Source of the DNA: Candidatus Zixiibacteriota bacterium
GTDB lineage: Bacteria > Zixibacteria > MSB-5A5 > GN15 > JACZUZ01
DNA length: 64,000 bases
Reading direction: 5' to 3'
Assembly: GCA_024280835.1 (NCBI GenBank)
Contig: JAJRPJ010000008.1
Coordinates: forward strand, 83,730-147,729
This document shows, in pieces, positions 18,501-26,156 of the stretch; positions within the stretch are counted from its first letter, which is position 1; the number at the start of each line of letters is the position of its first letter. The position numbers and the translations under genes were made by a program. Below the pieces are notes generated by a model. It saw only the letters and a program-made list of their open reading frames with translations, ran no database searches and had not been told where the DNA came from.

Positions 18501-20840
18501 TTGACTGCTTCATTCTCAACCGACACTCTCTTGCCAGGTGACTACTGGTGCTCATTTGACATAGTTGCTGATTCAGGCAACGTCGACAACTCGCCGCAGA
18601 CTGTCAGAGCGCATTTGACGATCTTGCCGCCACCTGTTGGCCCATCAACTGACACACTCTATGTCTCAACTGTTCCAGCAACACCGGGCAGTAAAGTCAA
18701 AGTCCCTGTTAACTTGATCAACAATGGCCCGATTTGCCAGTTGGATATTCCGCTGACATGGGCTTCATCACAAATCTTCCTCGACTCGGTCTCCTTCGCT
18801 GGAACCCGTCTCGATGGAATCGCTAAAGCTGATTACACAGTTGATAATGGCGCGCGCAAAGTGACAATCACTTTTGCTGCGGTCAATATCGCTTTGCCAG
18901 TTGGCAAAGGACAAGTCGCTTATATGTTCTTTGATGTCTTCTCGGGCATCACCGAAGGCGGATTGGTGCCAATCGATAGAGCTGGCGCTGTCACCTCTGG
19001 TGATTGTGTCAATGAAGGTCAAATGCCTGAGTTCTTCCCAGGTGGAATCGTAATTGATTCCAGCGGTAATGTCATTTGCGGTCGTGTAGTTGACACAGCC
19101 GGAAACGAAATCGCTGGTGCGACTGTCCAAGTTTGGGACAACTTCCCTGGCGGTACATTCTTCGCCGAGGACATGACCCAGCTCGATGGTTCATTCAAAT
19201 TTACCGAACTGTTTGTTGTTCCTTACACTCTCTATGGTTTCGCTGAGGGATATTATCCAGCGACACTTGAGGATATCAACTTTGGAGTCCTTGGACTCGA
19301 AATTGTCCTGACCCCTGTCTCACATGTCCAACCGACTAACGAGTGGGTTGAGTTCTACTGTGAGTTGAACACCTACAAAGGTGTGCCGCTTCCAGTCGGT
19401 TCAGTCATTGACGCTTTCGATCCAGACGGTGATCATGTCGGAACATGGTTTGTTAGTGTCGCAGGCGCTTATGGCTTCATGCCGATTTACCGTGACGACG
19501 CTTTCACTCCTGAGGACGACGGCGCCGATCCAGGTGACATTATCACACTCTATATCAACGGTATGCCAGCTGAGGCGACTGGTGATAGAGTTTGGACTCA
19601 GAACGGCGATCGTTTTGAAGTTTGCTTGAACTTTGACGGATCAGCTGATAAGCAGCTTGTGCTTCATGAAGGTTGGAATCTAGTTTCATGGAACATCGAT
19701 ACTGAAGTTGACGATGTTGCAACTATCTTCGGACCGATTATGAGTAGAATTGATGTGATACTTAGTTTTGAGGAAGTCGGTTTGACCTATGATCCAGCTC
19801 TGCCTGATTTCTCAACCTTGACCAGCGCAGATCATAAGCATGGTTATTGGGTGAGAATTACGGTAGATACAGGCGATGCGGTACTGACAATCAGCGGTCT
19901 GCCTGCTTTAGTGAATACACCAATTAGTCTTGAAGCTGGTTGGAACTTGATTTCTTACTTGCCACCTGTGTCACTACCGACTGGTTCGGCTTTGGTTTCG
20001 CAAGAAGGTAATCTGCGTGTTGCGCTTGGCTTCGATGGCGGTGGTTTGACTTATGAACCGTCACTACCTGAGTTTTCAACTTTGAATACTCTGGCGCCAT
20101 GCTTCGGATACTGGCTAAAAGTCTTTGACGCCAGTACCTTGATATATCCTGGCTTCAACAGCGCTCCATACATTGAGCAAGACGAAAACACAAACAGTGG
20201 CGTTCTCGCTCGCATGGGTGTTGAAAGTGAATTAACTCCAAGCAGTTCTTGGATGGATATTTATTCAACTAACCTGACTCTTGACGGCTCTCCTGTTAAT
20301 GCTGGCGTTGAAATTCGCATTGTTGATGCCAATCAGCAGTTGGTCGGTTATGGCCGAACTGCTAGCAGTGGCAAGTTGATGTTCACACCAGTTTATGGCT
20401 CATCGGCTGAAAACGATGGTGGTCTAAGAGTCGGCGAGAGTTTCTCGTTGGTTGTTGACGGCCAAGCCACAATCGAAAGCTTCACTTTTGGCCAACGTGG
20501 CGAGCGTCTCGAAATTGGCTCTCTCTCATTGAGTTCTGGCCCTGGTGGAACGGTTCTGCCGAATGAATTCGCTCTAAAGCAGAACTATCCGAATCCGTTT
20601 AACCCTTCAACAGAAATTAGCTTCTCGTTGCCAAAAGCCTCGCAAGTTACAATTGAAGTGTTCAATGTTCTCGGAAAACGTGTGGCGACCTTGTTGAGCG
20701 GTTTCCATGAAGCCGGCACATCAACAGTGACTTGGGATGCTGTGACCGATGACGGTCAGGCAGTGGCCTCAGGTATGTATTTCTATCGTCTCAATGCTGG
20801 TAACTTCACTCAGACCCGTAAGATGGTTTTGCTGAAGTAA
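15519..20840 (+). CDS. giant secreted multidomain T9SS cargo protein
   Basis: 1773-aa ORF with a GGGAG RBS and a signal peptide (...FDVSAQAQ). Domains, in order:
- two cohesin-like modules (aa ~30-176 and ~1043-1186);
- four cadherin/He_PIG-like repeats;
- BACON-like modules (SPDTLFFTITEG);
- a CarboxypepD_reg-like segment (GRVVDTAGNEIAGATVQVW);
- GWNL(V/I)S...GYW(V/L) repeats;
- a C-terminal sorting domain (QNYPNPFNPSTEISFSLP...RKMVLLK). Confidence 0.88.
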   Translation: MSLKRLFLASLATLAFVAFFDVSAQAQTDPGIRDTIKVDDVQINAGDHFPVTVRIFNDEGLNGGTIGMRWGDPDLFLDSVSYTGGILGALPSFQKPTVIDNATNYEVLTGFFLFGGTPVQPSADVWATLWFTANPSSPDKIITIDSSFIQPAGDFILVDAGNASFPPEYIQGTVTIGNPVSNTPPVITAVTPKVVAEGANLNFVVSASDAESVPTLTATALANATFTDNGDGTGAFDFNPDFTQAGSFNVTFIASDGEFADTTVASITVTNTNRPPVWTATPAQNVSEGDSLSFGVSASDPDGDALFLSEVSLPANASFVDNSDGTGTVTFLPDFTQAGNLTFTFAADDTPPPTGGLATSIVVTLDVDVTVANVNRLPVWAATPAQFVDEGDSLSFDVVATDADNDSLTFAITVLPPNASFSQTGPNTGTFIIKPDFTQAGLRNLNFTVADAEGSSVMNVPVTIRNVNRAPVLAAVNDTSIQVGQTVEINISASDIDGNVLTLGASALANSNFTDNGDGTGAFSFTPDAGQVGVIAVTWTASDSDLADTVGASITVTAAPPVLGSVSPDTLFFTITEGVAAASVDCALLTSTNAPESYVGVVGSAGDPIFATLQSDSGLTDDTVCLSVSAGALTPGIYNNTVSFMINGIDNNPVTLFAQLTVEAAPVSDSAFVTPDTLFFTITEGASSGGIGCANVSSTNNPASYTASVTGSPFFTDVFAGDTTNDSICFEVVSTSALTPGVYYNSVEIEVAGVDNNLVGFVVCLTVESPVVVDTSILALSDSMFTFMSSVDTPFISGDSVLVSNVGTGPDFPWAITSIECSYVSCPLGDPFCIGPEVSIPIDADSSGITVSPLSGSTPSYAFINVDNQNLAPGVYTCWFQVEGAAEVQNSPQSFHVEFVVKPTPLQPVSVMAISPTLFEHVAVAGEPNVISDTLEITNVGDGPDFGWHISLESAYCDFVPLCPPNIPFCGDTIRFNRIDFAGFGPVNGTTPSVLTASFSTDTLLPGDYWCSFDIVADSGNVDNSPQTVRAHLTILPPPVGPSTDTLYVSTVPATPGSKVKVPVNLINNGPICQLDIPLTWASSQIFLDSVSFAGTRLDGIAKADYTVDNGARKVTITFAAVNIALPVGKGQVAYMFFDVFSGITEGGLVPIDRAGAVTSGDCVNEGQMPEFFPGGIVIDSSGNVICGRVVDTAGNEIAGATVQVWDNFPGGTFFAEDMTQLDGSFKFTELFVVPYTLYGFAEGYYPATLEDINFGVLGLEIVLTPVSHVQPTNEWVEFYCELNTYKGVPLPVGSVIDAFDPDGDHVGTWFVSVAGAYGFMPIYRDDAFTPEDDGADPGDIITLYINGMPAEATGDRVWTQNGDRFEVCLNFDGSADKQLVLHEGWNLVSWNIDTEVDDVATIFGPIMSRIDVILSFEEVGLTYDPALPDFSTLTSADHKHGYWVRITVDTGDAVLTISGLPALVNTPISLEAGWNLISYLPPVSLPTGSALVSQEGNLRVALGFDGGGLTYEPSLPEFSTLNTLAPCFGYWLKVFDASTLIYPGFNSAPYIEQDENTNSGVLARMGVESELTPSSSWMDIYSTNLTLDGSPVNAGVEIRIVDANQQLVGYGRTASSGKLMFTPVYGSSAENDGGLRVGESFSLVVDGQATIESFTFGQRGERLEIGSLSLSSGPGGTVLPNEFALKQNYPNPFNPSTEISFSLPKASQVTIEVFNVLGKRVATLLSGFHEAGTSTVTWDAVTDDGQAVASGMYFYRLNAGNFTQTRKMVLLK
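16062..17192 (+). repeat. four tandem ~280-300-bp intragenic repeats encoding cadherin/He_PIG-like modules
   Basis: The pattern N(T/R)(P/A)PV...(A/V)SD.D(G/N)...(F)(T/V)DN(G/S)DGTG.F.F.PDFTQAG...V.V.N recurs four times (aa ~182-558). DNA-level similarity is visible, for example 16195 vs 17055. Confidence 0.75.
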
Positions 20841-20851
20841 TCAATTGAAAA

Positions 20852-20923
20852 TGCAAATAGCCGCCGATTGGAGAGGGTCTTCTTATCCTTTCCAATCGGC
20901 GCTACATTTGCAATAGTATGTTT
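20852..20923 (+). terminator. long imperfect hairpin after the 1773-aa gene
   Basis: TGCAAAT..CGCCGATTGGA (20852-) pairs with TCCAATCGGCG..ATTTGCA (-20923) as 7 + 11 bp with a bulge. There is no clear U tract. Confidence 0.4.
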
Positions 20924-21207
20924 TGAGTAGCCCCTTGAGTAGTTTGTGTGACTATTGGCGCTCCGAATGAGTTTCGCATATAATGACTCTCACTACAGTA
21001 TCAGAGTCGACACGGAAATCACTGCTGAGAACCCAAGAGGGCGCAAAGGCATTAAGTTGCTGTAAGGCAACAAATTAGGTGAGCGTCAAGATGGCGCGAC
21101 ATAGAGAAAAACAACCTTAATGGTAAGAGATAATCTAAGGCCGGAGGATTCTGGTGGAGTATAGTTCAAGCAGTTATTGCTCAAATAGACCCAATAAAGG
21201 AAATCAG

Positions 21208-22251
21208 ATGCAGAAACGAATTACGTCGTGGATAACATCTTGTGCAATCCTCTTCATTCTTTTATTCACTGTGTCTGGGGCAACCTTAGCGCAAGCTGGA
21301 GATCCGATTCCAACTCCCGATTGGACAGATTTCTTCGGAACGTCGGTAACATTTAATGGTCAGCCTACCCCAGTTGGCTCTCTTGTCGAGGCCTTTGACC
21401 CTCAGGGGATACTTTGTGGCAAGTTTGTCGTCAACAACGCAGGTCAATATGGATTTATGCCAACTTATGGCGACGACCAGCAAACCGCTGGGGTTGACGA
21501 GGGCGCTGTACAATCTGATGTCATTGTCTTTACAGTCAATGGCCGTTCGGCTACCAAGCTTGGCCCAGGCGACGATATCTGGGTGGGCAAAACAGATCCC
21601 AAGGAAATGAATCTGTCTTCCACAGGAACTCTTGGATTCGAAACTTTTGAATTGCCAACCGATAAGTTTGCTGGACCACTCGATACTGTACAGTTTCGCA
21701 TTGGCTTCCGTAATACTGGAGATGTCACCGATTTCTATAAACTTGAAGTCACCTCAAACATTGGCTGGGAGTTAATTTTCGACGCTGATTTCATTTATGT
21801 GCCCGCTGCCGCTGGAGATCAGTCTGTTACTTTTTCAGTAGTTGTGCCACCTTTTATTATCGGTGAAGTTAGCGACCAATTGTCATTCTCTCTGACCTCA
21901 GGGCTTGACGCTGGCAACAGTGTCTCAGGTGTGGTGAACGTCTTTGTAGTAATTACAGACGTCGACGACGACGAGACGATTCTTCCCTCGCATTTCGATC
22001 TCGGTCAGAATTATCCGAATCCTTTCAACCCGACCACCAAGATTCCATTCAGTATCAAGGCTAGCTCGGATGTGACACTCAGTGTCTATAATGTCCTTGG
22101 CCAAAAAGTCGACGAACTCAATTTGGGTAGAATGTCTTCTGGCCAGCATGTAATTGAGTACAAACCAACAAGCCAGTCCAGCGGTGTATATTTCTACAGA
22201 ATTGTCGCTGGCGATTTCACCGCTATCCGCAGGATGATATTGCTAAAATAG
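21208..22251 (+). CDS. secreted T9SS cargo protein sharing a ~100-aa domain with the giant protein
   Basis: I moved the start to the ATG at 21208, after AAAGGA, which gives a signal peptide (...TVSGATLAQAG). The C-terminal sorting domain is QNYPNPFNPTTKIPFSI...RRMILLK. Confidence 0.82.
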   Translation: MQKRITSWITSCAILFILLFTVSGATLAQAGDPIPTPDWTDFFGTSVTFNGQPTPVGSLVEAFDPQGILCGKFVVNNAGQYGFMPTYGDDQQTAGVDEGAVQSDVIVFTVNGRSATKLGPGDDIWVGKTDPKEMNLSSTGTLGFETFELPTDKFAGPLDTVQFRIGFRNTGDVTDFYKLEVTSNIGWELIFDADFIYVPAAAGDQSVTFSVVVPPFIIGEVSDQLSFSLTSGLDAGNSVSGVVNVFVVITDVDDDETILPSHFDLGQNYPNPFNPTTKIPFSIKASSDVTLSVYNVLGQKVDELNLGRMSSGQHVIEYKPTSQSSGVYFYRIVAGDFTAIRRMILLK

Positions 22252-22302
22252 TCTGCTTCTATGGTAGTTGTGAATCAAAATTTGATACTTGTATCAATCT
22301 TG

Positions 22303-22336
22303 AACCCGTTTGGCCCCTAGCCAAGCGGGTTTTTTC
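22303..22336 (+). terminator. rho-independent terminator
   Basis: AACCCGTTTGG-CCCCTAG-CCAAGCGGGTT forms an 11-bp stem with one G-U pair and is followed by TTTTTC. Confidence 0.78.
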
Positions 22337-22529
22337 TTTGCTTGATATCCAAGCTATTATTTGCTTGAAATAGTTGAGAGTGTTAGCTTAGGTTGTCGCG
22401 AGACGCTCCGACTAAGGAAGATAAAGGGAAAAGACAAATGGAGTTGATTCCAACACAGAGAGCAGTCAAGAACACAGCACACAACACAATCGCGTATCAG
22501 TCAACCAGAAACGGAATTCGATAATCTCA

Positions 22530-23552
22530 ATGTCCCTCAAACTCAACTACTACGGCCGCACAGACACAGGGTTAGTTCGTCCAGCAAACGAAGACTCGCT
22601 CCTAATGCTGCCCGAGAAGAATCTCTTTGTAATTTGCGATGGCATGGGCGGCCATAGCGCGGGTGAAGTCGCCTCACGCACCGCTGTTGGCTCTATTTCA
22701 GCCACTTTCATGGTCGACAGCCCAGAGCTACGCGATGACCCACTTCTGAATCTGGAAGAGGATTTGCCACCGCAAGCGGACTTATTGGTAAAATCAATTC
22801 GTTTGGCTAACCGCCGGATTTACAATCGCAGCTCAATTGACACAAACCTTGAGGGCATGGGCACAACAGTTGTCGGACTCTGCTTCGGCGATAAGCTGGT
22901 TTCTTTGGGGCATGTGGGTGATAGCCGAATCTATGTCTATCGCGGCTCAAAATTGACCGCGCTGACTATCGATCACTCTTGGGTGGCTGAAGTTCAAGCC
23001 GCTGGCAATATGACAGAGGAAACTGCCAGCACTTTAGTCAATAAGAATATCATTACCCGCGCCTTGGGCATCAAAGAAACAGTCGAAGTTGATATTCGGC
23101 TCGAAGAGTTCATCGGTGGTGATATGTTTGTGCTATGCTCCGATGGTCTTTGTGGCTACGCAACAGACGATGATATTCAGACAGTAGTGGCCGACTGTAA
23201 GAAAGACCCCAAGAAAACTGTGGACTCGCTGATTAGAATGGCCAATGATCGCGGCGGCTCTGATAATGTCACGGTTATCTGTGTTCGTGTTGATGAGTGC
23301 GATGAATTGGCGACGTACCGTCCTAAGCCAGTGGTCACAATACCTGTTGAATCTATTGCTACAGGCGAGCGCGAAGACGAATGGCTGGAAACACTAGCCG
23401 AGCGCACACGCACAGCCCTTGAGGCGGCGAGCGCCGATGATAGTATTGAGGAAGAAACTGGCGGAAACTCACGAGCGTTTATGTGGCTGGCTTTAATCGT
23501 TATGCTGGGCGTGACAGCTGCCATCTACTTTCTCTATGGCGATCAATTCTAG
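22530..23552 (+). CDS. PP2C-family Ser/Thr protein phosphatase with a C-terminal membrane anchor
   Basis: Motifs RPANEDS, ICDGMGGHSAGEVAS and GGSDNVTVICV are present. A TM helix (FMWLALIVMLGVTAAIYFLY) lies at the C-terminus. Confidence 0.88.
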   Translation: MSLKLNYYGRTDTGLVRPANEDSLLMLPEKNLFVICDGMGGHSAGEVASRTAVGSISATFMVDSPELRDDPLLNLEEDLPPQADLLVKSIRLANRRIYNRSSIDTNLEGMGTTVVGLCFGDKLVSLGHVGDSRIYVYRGSKLTALTIDHSWVAEVQAAGNMTEETASTLVNKNIITRALGIKETVEVDIRLEEFIGGDMFVLCSDGLCGYATDDDIQTVVADCKKDPKKTVDSLIRMANDRGGSDNVTVICVRVDECDELATYRPKPVVTIPVESIATGEREDEWLETLAERTRTALEAASADDSIEEETGGNSRAFMWLALIVMLGVTAAIYFLYGDQF

Positions 23553-23729
23553 GCTAGTCTCAGGGCTTTCGTCGGTCCGAACTCTGGCTTTAAGAGTAGA
23601 AAATATAGAATAACGCCCTCCGATATTCGGCTATACATCTTTATAGCCATTGAAGTTGACTTTCTGCTGGCGAAGCATATATTTTGCCCTCGCGATGGAA
23701 ATTGCGATGGCACTTGAGTCGCCGGTTTT

Positions 23730-23757
23730 TTGACTCTTCTTATAGATTGGTTAATAC
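23730..23757 (+). promoter_or_regulatory. candidate sigma70-type promoter for tRNA-Arg
   Basis: TTGACT (23730..23735), a 16-nt spacer, then TAATAC (23752..23757). The tRNA starts 17 nt downstream. Confidence 0.35.
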
Positions 23758-23773
23758 AGATTATTACTTCATG

Positions 23774-23847
23774 CGCCCATAGCTCAATTGGATAGAGTAT
23801 CTGACTACGAATCAGAAGGTTGGAGGTTCAAGTCCTCCTGGGCGTAT
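23774..23847 (+). tRNA. tRNA-Arg (anticodon ACG)
   Basis: A cloverleaf folds by hand:
- acceptor GCGCCCA/TGGGCGT (G1-U72 wobble);
- D arm GCTC/GAGT;
- anticodon stem TCTGA/TCAGA with loop CTACGAA;
- T arm GGAGG-TTCAAGT-CCTCC;
- discriminator A.
CCA is not encoded. Confidence 0.9.
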
Positions 23848-23945
23848 TTTATCCCGTTCGAATTAAACGAGTTAACTCTCGTAACTCCCCATCTAAAGGT
23901 CTCAATAGATTTGCTCAACGGGCTCCACACTGAAGGAGTCGGTCT

Positions 23946-24263
23946 ATGAGTACCAATGTATCGCTACGAAAACTTTACCAACATTTCGAGCAGAAATGTC
24001 CGTTGAGTATTTGGAAGATATATGTAGATTCGTTCTTCTTTGAGTGCAAAGCAAATAATCTAACCGAGAGAACACATCAGGTATATTCCGCTATGAAGAA
24101 GTGTTGGGGTCACAATTTTCAAAAAGCGAAAATCAAGACCCAACACAACAAGTGGGCGCTTTGTCAACAAGCCCGCTCGTCCCTGCCGCCCTGCCTTCGC
24201 AGGTTCGTTGGTAGTTCTGGCCCTCATTGCCAGCTATCGTCAGATTCGCGCATAGCGCAGTGA
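23946..24263 (+). pseudogene. possible remnant of a tyrosine-recombinase (integrase) N-terminal domain
   Basis: The stretch IYVDSFFFECKANNLTERTHQVYSAMKK resembles the core-binding (SAM-like) helix pattern ...nls..T...Y... of phage integrases. No catalytic domain follows. It lies 100 nt downstream of a tRNA. Confidence 0.3.
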
Positions 24264-24265
24264 CA

Positions 24266-26002
24266 CTATTCTTGCTTCAAGTATGGCGCCAAGTCTACGA
24301 GCTCAATATTATCCAGCGTGCGTAATCTGTCCAAGAACATATACTTGTGTCCAGCGCCGAACATTATTAGGATGCGTTGACCTTGGTGACGCTCTAGCGC
24401 TTTTTCTATCAAGGCCAAGTGTGCGTTATTTATATTCGTCCAACCGCCAGGGCCGAGAAGCTCATTGAGATATTTGTCATAGGGCGCTAATTCTTCGCGA
24501 ACACGATTGTCATACAAGTCCGAATGAATTACCAGTGGGTCTTCTTCATCAATTGGATTGGCTTTGAGCTTGGCTTCAATTTCTACATTTTCTCTCTCAT
24601 AAGCGGCAAAGTCATCGGCAAAAACAGAATCTTCCTTGAAAGATTTCATGCGAGCGCTTCGCAAATCTGACATTTCTTTTGTCCATGCGGCGCATGGCTC
24701 AACTTCAAAACCAAGCTCTGATTTGAGCGGCAAAAGAACCTCGGTGTATTCAGGAAAACGCTTGAGACGCGGCTCTTCGATAACACCTCTCTCCGACCAG
24801 TCCTTCCGTGCTCGATCCCAGCGATCTGGTGGGATTTCTGTAAAGATCACATCTGGTTTGAAAGCTCGGATTGCAGATTCTACTTGTTTGAGTCCCCAAG
24901 TTTTGCTGGTTTTGTGACCGCTGTGGATCATGCCCATTACAGCCACCTCGGTGACACTATTTTCAGTAACACTCTTGGCTTTCTTAGATGTAGATGATGT
25001 AAGCGCCAGAGATTTTTCAATTATGTACAACTCGTCACTACCCTCACATCCAACCCATAAATCCTGCGTCAGCGGATGAACCGCCATCACAATCGGTATT
25101 TCACCAGTCGGAATGCGAGCTATGACAGCCCGATTTTGCAAATCAATTACTGAGATATCATTGTCGGTTGTATTATTGACATAGGCCAGGCGATTATCAG
25201 GCGCTATGACAAATGAAAATGGGCTGGCGCCGATACCTTCGGTGATCGAATCAACAATCATATGCGATGCGCTGTTGACGAAAACGATTTTGTTCTCACC
25301 GCGCACTACGACTGCGACATCAATGTCATTAGGTAGCATTGTAGCGCCGCTGGGTTTTGGCCCGACTTTAATTGTTTCCAGAACTGTCTTGTTCCATAGG
25401 TCGATTATCGTCAGTGTTCCGTCATCATAGTTTGGGACGAATGCTTTGCGTCCATCTGAGGTCACCCCAGGCGGAAAAGGTCTTGCGCCTGTTGGATATT
25501 CGGCTTGCATTGTAAAGTTATTGGCATCGAAAACCCAAAGTTTGTTGGCCATCTCAGTAGGAATGAGATAGAGATTACCCGGAAGTGGTCCTGCAAATAG
25601 TGATGAACCTTTGCCTGTGACCAATTTTCTGCCAATAGAGCCATCAAAGATAGACAACTCAACAATATGGTCCGAACGGAATGCGCTGACGGCCAGACCT
25701 TGTTGTGATGGCAATTCAAGAACTCCTAGCGGAGTTCCTGCTACTGGCAGATCGTCAGAGACTTCAAGTGTTTGGCAATCAACAATTGTAATTCTATCTG
25801 AACCCGCGGCCGCGATATAGGCTTTGGCGCCGTCATGGGAGAATGTAATCTGATGTGGCGCGGCGCCGACATCCAGTATTTTTTTGACTTGAAAACCACT
25901 CTGTGCATTGGCCACGACGTGCCCTCCAAATACTAAAGCCAATTGCAAGACTAGGATAAGTCCTAACAGTTTGGTCTTCTTCTCAATTGATTTCTGATTC
26001 AT
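24266..26002 (-). CDS. secreted YVTN-type beta-propeller fused to a TraB/GumN/Tiki-like (possibly DUF5694) domain
   Basis: It has a signal peptide followed by repeated propeller blades (PHQITFSHDGAKAYIA, RKAFVPNYDDGTLTIIDL, RLAYVNNTTDNDISVIDL). The C-terminal ~220 aa carry GMIHSGH near their start and MFGAGHKYMF near the end, the paired GxxH motifs of the Tiki/TraB superfamily. Confidence 0.6.
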   Translation of the reverse strand: MNQKSIEKKTKLLGLILVLQLALVFGGHVVANAQSGFQVKKILDVGAAPHQITFSHDGAKAYIAAAGSDRITIVDCQTLEVSDDLPVAGTPLGVLELPSQQGLAVSAFRSDHIVELSIFDGSIGRKLVTGKGSSLFAGPLPGNLYLIPTEMANKLWVFDANNFTMQAEYPTGARPFPPGVTSDGRKAFVPNYDDGTLTIIDLWNKTVLETIKVGPKPSGATMLPNDIDVAVVVRGENKIVFVNSASHMIVDSITEGIGASPFSFVIAPDNRLAYVNNTTDNDISVIDLQNRAVIARIPTGEIPIVMAVHPLTQDLWVGCEGSDELYIIEKSLALTSSTSKKAKSVTENSVTEVAVMGMIHSGHKTSKTWGLKQVESAIRAFKPDVIFTEIPPDRWDRARKDWSERGVIEEPRLKRFPEYTEVLLPLKSELGFEVEPCAAWTKEMSDLRSARMKSFKEDSVFADDFAAYERENVEIEAKLKANPIDEEDPLVIHSDLYDNRVREELAPYDKYLNELLGPGGWTNINNAHLALIEKALERHQGQRILIMFGAGHKYMFLDRLRTLDNIELVDLAPYLKQE

Positions 26003-26156
26003 AACTCTCCAATCTTTTAACTTCCTTCAGTGGTAATGTAGTCGCATGTCTCTTCTAGTCAAGTCGTGAGAAGGCTAACTAGGATTTAGATGTTCTTCTG
26101 AGCGCTTGTAACGAAAAGATTGCGATTTGTCGCTCAATTGCTGATTATATCTGAAG

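Noticed and set aside
22438-22524. A 28-codon upstream ORF (MELIPTQRAVKNTAHNTIAYQSTRNGIR) just before the PP2C gene as a leader peptide
   Set aside because: It has no distinctive composition, no repeat of regulatory codons and only a weak purine-rich stretch upstream. I cannot distinguish it from a chance ORF without conservation data.
23946-24263. An intact functional 105-aa gene
   Set aside because: Only the first ~60 aa resemble anything (an integrase core-binding helix). The rest is low-information, and the ORF ends 2 nt before the convergent 578-aa gene. I treat it as a fragment with low confidence.
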